Of a stretch of DNA of 64,000 nucleotides, positions 59,812 through 64,000 are shown in pieces; the first letter of the stretch is position 1; the number at the start of each line of letters is the position of its first letter. Origin of the DNA: Alphaproteobacteria bacterium (GTDB lineage: Bacteria; Pseudomonadota; Alphaproteobacteria; SP197); contig OZ219917.1 of assembly GCA_964291415.2 (NCBI GenBank), forward strand, positions 768,001 through 832,000, read 5' to 3'. A program made the position numbers and the translations under genes. The notes under the pieces were generated by a model that made no database searches, was not told the origin of the DNA, and saw only the letters and a list, made by a program, of their open reading frames with translations.

Positions 59812-60633
59812 CTAGTGCGACATGAGGACCGGCACGGTCATCCGGCGCAGAATGTCGCGGGTCATGCCGCCCAGCAGCAGTTCCCGCAGGCGGTGATGGC
59901 CGTAGGCGCCCATGACCAGGAGATCGACGCCGTAGTCGCTGATCGCGGAGAGCAGGACATCTGCGGCGGCAATGTCTGTCGACGCCGGCCTGTGCCGGGC
60001 GTCCGCCTTGACGCCATGCCGGGCCAGATGCGCGCTTGCTTCGGCGCCGGGCAGGTGCGTGCCGTCGTCCGTGCCGATGCTGAAGACGATGACATTGTGT
60101 GCCTGTCGGAGCAGTGGAAGCGCATCCGAAAGCGCGCGCTTTGCCTCGCGGGTGCCGTTCCACGCCAGCAACACCGTCTCGGCACGGGTGTCGAACGAAC
60201 CGGCGTAGGGCCAGACCAGCACGGGCCCGCCTGCGTCCAGCACCAGGTGGTCCACCAGGCCGGCGATGCTGGCTTCGTCGTCACTGTCGGTTTGACCGAC
60301 GACGGTGATGTCCGCGTAGCGCGCACAGGTTGTCACGGCCTCCACAGGACTGCCCTGGAGAAGGCGCCATTCGTGCAGCACCTCCGTCCTGGCCATGCGT
60401 TCGGCGAACCGTCCTTCAGCCTCCGCAGCCGGGTCGCCTCGCTGCCGGCCCTGCTCCCTGGAAGCGTCCGCAGGGACATCGAGACTGTGGCGCTCCCGAG
60501 CGGTGGACCGGGAACTCACGTAGACACCCGTCACCCGACCATCATGGCGCTCGGCCAATTCGATCGCGGCGTCCAGGCGGGCGGGCGACCGCCGGTCCTG
60601 CGACAGGTGCACCAGAATGTCCCTGTAGGCCAT
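59812..60633 (-). CDS. Tandem-domain universal stress protein
   Basis: YRDILVH, VLLAWNGTREA, LLVMGAYGHHRLRELLLGG, PVLMSH. Confidence 0.93.
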   Translation of the reverse strand: MAYRDILVHLSQDRRSPARLDAAIELAERHDGRVTGVYVSSRSTARERHSLDVPADASREQGRQRGDPAAEAEGRFAERMARTEVLHEWRLLQGSPVEAVTTCARYADITVVGQTDSDDEASIAGLVDHLVLDAGGPVLVWPYAGSFDTRAETVLLAWNGTREAKRALSDALPLLRQAHNVIVFSIGTDDGTHLPGAEASAHLARHGVKADARHRPASTDIAAADVLLSAISDYGVDLLVMGAYGHHRLRELLLGGMTRDILRRMTVPVLMSH

Positions 60634-60899
60634 GGCCGAACTCCTGCGCCGAGAACCACAGCGTACTTGTCCCGCTACTCCCGCACCATCGCAGACCTGG
60701 GCGTCGACTGGCGCGTGTCTCCAGCGCCGGCCCGTCGGGTTTCAGTCGCCGATCGGCGATGCGCGGTCTCCTCGCAACCTGAAGGAAGGGGAAGTGCGTA
60801 GCGCAGCCATCGGCCAGCGGATGGGCGAACGCCGGCTCCGAGCCCCTGCTCACGGGGCGATCGTGTCGCCATCAACAGCCGCGACGTCTGGTGCGGTCC

Positions 60900-61052
60900 T
60901 CACAAACGCGATGGCCGAGGCGGCATCTCCACCACCGCTGTGGCGATGAACTGGTGCAGCGAAACGCCGTCCTGTTCAGCGTAACGCTCGGCCGTGGCCT
61001 TCAGGGACGCGGGCAGGTTGAGAGATACACGAGCCTTCATGGCGGCAGTCAT
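60900..61052 (-). pseudogene. HicB-like RHH antitoxin, probably truncated
   Basis: SLNLPASLK...EQDGVSLHQFIATAV, followed by an early end. Confidence 0.6.
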
Positions 61053-61394
61053 CGCGCCATCCCTTGGATCTCGCACCACAGGATGGCGGCGTGACACCGT
61101 CAACTTCTCGAAGTCAGTCCCGAACAGAAGCCTTTGATCGGCAGACAGGGATGCCGCGAGGCAGGATGTTCGGTGTGTCTTCGTTGAACTACAGCAGACT
61201 CTGCATGCGAGGCCAACCGCGAGAGTACGTCGGATCGGAAGGAGTGTGGACCGGGCTCAGGGAACGACGCCATGTTCCGCTGCCGAGAGACCTCATCGTG
61301 GCCGCCGCTGGCCGGGTCACCGGAAACCTGATGCCGGACACCCACGTCCACAGAACTGATTTCGTTGGTTGGTGCCGTCGACGTTCGCCTGGGC

Positions 61395-61446
61395 TGGACA
61401 TGTCTCGGTGTGTGTCACATAATCCGGTAACGTTACCGAATTCGGT
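61395..61446 (+). promoter_or_regulatory. Sigma70-like promoter with palindromic operators
   Basis: TGGACA (61395)-17 nt-CATAAT (61418). Palindromes CGGTAACGTTACCG (61425-61438) and ACCGAATTCGGT (61435-61446). Confidence 0.65.
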
Positions 61447-61454
61447 GAGACGCC

Positions 61455-61775
61455 TTGGAACAAGATAGTCTGAAAGCCCGGGGATTGGCACGTGTCTCAC
61501 ATCACCGCAAGCGGGTCGCCGCCAGCGGTGCCCAGCGTGTCGAGGTCACGGTCCCTTCCCGGGATGCGCCCCTCGTCAAGGCGATTGCCAGAACACTTCG
61601 CTCTGATGGAGAGGAGGCCGAACACATTCGTCGGTCGCTGCAATCGGTGCTGACCACTCCAAGGGCGCGCACAGGCGCCGAGCTGCTTGCCTTCCTCCGT
61701 GCCTCACCCTTGACCGAGATTGATCTGCCCATCGAACGCGACAGGTCCGCCGGCCGCTCCGCCAAACTTGGCTGA
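61455..61775 (+). CDS. Putative antitoxin
   Basis: Basic N-terminus (HRKRVAASGAQRVEVTVP) and LLAFLRASPL...IERDR tail. The stop overlaps the vapC start. Confidence 0.75.
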   Translation: MEQDSLKARGLARVSHHRKRVAASGAQRVEVTVPSRDAPLVKAIARTLRSDGEEAEHIRRSLQSVLTTPRARTGAELLAFLRASPLTEIDLPIERDRSAGRSAKLG

Positions 61776-62209
61776 TGGCCTTCCTTTTGGACACGAATGT
61801 TGTCAGCGAGACGGTAAGGCCAAGACCCCGGCAAACTGTCCTCGATTGGATGGAATCCCGGAGTCCGTCGGATCTCTTTCTCGCCGCTCAGACAATTGGG
61901 GAGCTCGTTCGAGGCGCTCGGAAAGTCAGGGAGCACGAGCGCCGCGAACGCTTCGAAAGATGGATCGAGCAGGATCTTGCCCGGCAATTCGAAGGGCGAG
62001 TCCTGCCGTTCGACAGCGGCGCGGCTGCCATATGGGGACGCCTCATGGGCGACGGAGACCGTGCGGGACGCCGTCCCTCTGCAGCAGATGCCCAGATCGC
62101 TGCGGTCGCCATCCAGCACGAGCTGATCCTCGTGACGCGGAATGTCAGGGACTTCGCCCGGTTTGACGTTCAGCTTCTCAATCCGTGGAGTGCGGATGAC
62201 GAGTCTTGA
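61775..62209 (+). CDS. vapC: VapC PIN-domain toxin
   Basis: FLLDTNVVSE, GEL, DAQIAA, LVTRNVRDF, NPW. Confidence 0.95.
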   Translation: MAFLLDTNVVSETVRPRPRQTVLDWMESRSPSDLFLAAQTIGELVRGARKVREHERRERFERWIEQDLARQFEGRVLPFDSGAAAIWGRLMGDGDRAGRRPSAADAQIAAVAIQHELILVTRNVRDFARFDVQLLNPWSADDES

Positions 62210-62684
62210 GATCGGTGATTCCGCGATAGCTGTCGGGACCAGGACGTCCGGTCCGCCCGGCATCGTGCCCTGGTGGGATACGTAGGAGCCGGGCGTCGAT
62301 CTCGACATCCGGCAAGGGTCGGTCCAATCGTGTTTGCCGGCATCGTCGATGACAGTGATGCGGAACCAGCTGTTGCGGATGGACCAGGTCTCGAATCGGG
62401 ACCGGATGTTCGGTCGACGGTGGAGGCCGAGGAGGCGGTGCGTGTCTTGACGGGCACGGACTTCCACTCCTGTCGGGGCCTGCCGCGTTCGCCATGGCGC
62501 CGGCGACGTGGTCGAACCGGAACCCCGCAACCCGGAGTTTTCGATGCACGAGCCCCACTTCAGGGATGAGTTCCGAATTGATGCCGTTTCGCTTGCCCGC
62601 ACGATAGGTGGCCGGTATGCCTTCGCTGCCCGGACAGCGGGAGCCGGGCCATGTGAAGCGGGTGAAGGACAAGTGGACCAGTCA

Positions 62685-63656
62685 ATGAGAGAACAGGCAG
62701 ACGCGATGCGTACCGGAGAGTTCACCTATCTTGCGGATTTGGTCGAAAGCTCGCTCTACGGCAACGGAAGGTTGTTCTTGCGCCGGGACAACGATGGCAA
62801 TGACGGCCCTTGGGAAGGCGTCGACCTGGAGAAACGGCTGATGCCTGTCCACGACGCCCGCAACCATGCTCACACGCTCGATGCCAACGGCTTTGAGCTG
62901 GTGGAGTCTCCCGTCGAGATTCCTGATCTTGACTGGTTGGACCACGACCTGATCGTGCGCCGCTATTACCCGCACTGCGCTGCCATTGTTCGCGAGGGGA
63001 CCGGTGCTCGCCTTGTCAGGGCATTCGACCACAACATCCGATCGGTTTCGGGCAACCGGAGCAGGCGGCGCCTCGATGGAGGGCAGCAGGTGCAGCAGCC
63101 GATCCACATCGTGCATGGCGACTACACGCTGGACAGCGGACCACGGCGCCTGCGTGATCTCGCGAAGGCGCCGACCGCCAACGACACCTATCGCACCACC
63201 CTCGCCGAGGACTGCTCGCTTCTCGACGGGAGCGATGTGGCGCACGCTCTGGGCGAAGGTCGCTTTGCGATCATCAACCTCTGGCGGAACATCGCGCCGG
63301 AGCCGGTGGCGAGGGAACCGCTCGCACTCTGCGACGCGACCAGCGTCGATCCTGACGATCTCGCGGTCTTCGAGATCTACTACAGCGACCGGGTCGGCGA
63401 GAACTACTGGGCCAAACATGCCGACAGCCATCGCTGGTACTTCTATTCCGCGCTCACCCGTGACGAGGCGTTGCTGATAAAGCAGTGGGACTCGGATGGA
63501 GGACTGGCGCGCTCGAAAGGCGCGAAGGCGGACGCTGAGTGCCCTGGAAATCCGTGCACCTTCAGCTTCCACAGCGCTTTCCAGGATCCGGCCACGACGC
63601 CGGACGCACCTGGCCGCTGGAGCATTGAGGTTCGTTGCGTCGCTCTCTTCGACTAG
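62685..63656 (+). CDS. CmcJ/NvfI-like Fe(II)/2OG oxygenase
   Basis: FDHNIR, VHGDYT, RFAIINLWR, PLALCDA, HSAF.DP, SIEVR. Start uncertain. Confidence 0.82.
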   Translation: MREQADAMRTGEFTYLADLVESSLYGNGRLFLRRDNDGNDGPWEGVDLEKRLMPVHDARNHAHTLDANGFELVESPVEIPDLDWLDHDLIVRRYYPHCAAIVREGTGARLVRAFDHNIRSVSGNRSRRRLDGGQQVQQPIHIVHGDYTLDSGPRRLRDLAKAPTANDTYRTTLAEDCSLLDGSDVAHALGEGRFAIINLWRNIAPEPVAREPLALCDATSVDPDDLAVFEIYYSDRVGENYWAKHADSHRWYFYSALTRDEALLIKQWDSDGGLARSKGAKADAECPGNPCTFSFHSAFQDPATTPDAPGRWSIEVRCVALFD

Positions 63657-63737
63657 GCATCCAGGACCTCATGATCCCTGCGGATGGAGGACGGCTGCCG
63701 CCGGACGGGATTCGCACCTGGCAGGAGACGCCGGATC

Positions 63738-64000
63738 ATGCAGATTGGCGCGATGGCTAACGGCGACCTGTTTGCTACAGCATCCGGTGATCGTTCCGAG
63801 AGCGCCCTGATTGACCAGCTCATTGCGGCGACCCGGCTCTACAACACGAGCAACGCCGTTCAGGAACTGCTGGAGTTCACGGTCCGGTTGCGCGCGTTCG
63901 CTCCCTTCAACGCCATGCTGCTCCATATTCAGAAACCGGGACTGACCCACGCCGCAACGGCACATGACTGGTGGACCCGGTTTGGCCGGGCGCCGAAGAA
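63738..64000 (+). CDS. Partial ORF with an ArdC-like N-terminal domain (runs off the window)
   Basis: AGGAGA then ATG. It reads LIDQL...LLEFTVRLRAFAPFNAMLLHIQKPG...ATAHDWWTRFGR and is absent from the supplied ORF list. Confidence 0.65.
   Translation, partial: MQIGAMANGDLFATASGDRSESALIDQLIAATRLYNTSNAVQELLEFTVRLRAFAPFNAMLLHIQKPGLTHAATAHDWWTRFGRAPK

Noticed and set aside
61060-61390. Possible PIN toxin remnant upstream of the HicB-like fragment
   Set aside because: Similarity too weak to support without a search.
1-64000. CRISPR arrays, tRNA, rRNA, intact integrase or transposase
   Set aside because: None seen by eye. tRNAscan-SE and Infernal were not run, so small RNAs could be missed.

Overview
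High-GC alphaproteobacterial chromosomal window, judged from the secB-fxsA-tim44-mltA-smr, ccmFHI and SH3/glyoxylate-reductase gene contexts. A Rhodospirillales-like, possibly host-associated lineage is only my inference. All calls are by-eye motif recognition and no searches were run. Housekeeping genes are interleaved with small-molecule catabolic genes: LutABC, a Rieske oxygenase, six Fe(II)/2OG-type dioxygenases, two hydantoinase/oxoprolinase systems, a polyamine-type ABC transporter and MmsA. There are many toxin-antitoxin and Fic loci, several with a decayed toxin beside an intact antitoxin. I found no rRNA, tRNA or CRISPR array. The best unannotated signals are: (1) a 15-codon leader peptide plus intrinsic terminator, a probable ribosome-dependent attenuator, ahead of a Bcr/CflA efflux gene; (2) a stop/start-coupled mltA-lutABC-Rieske-smr chain with no oxygenase reductase; (3) a vapBC module bracketed by a ~330 bp duplication of a dioxygenase 3' end; (4) a zeta-toxin-like ATPase that seems to need a CTG start; and (5) a HigA antitoxin fused to an unrecognised domain.
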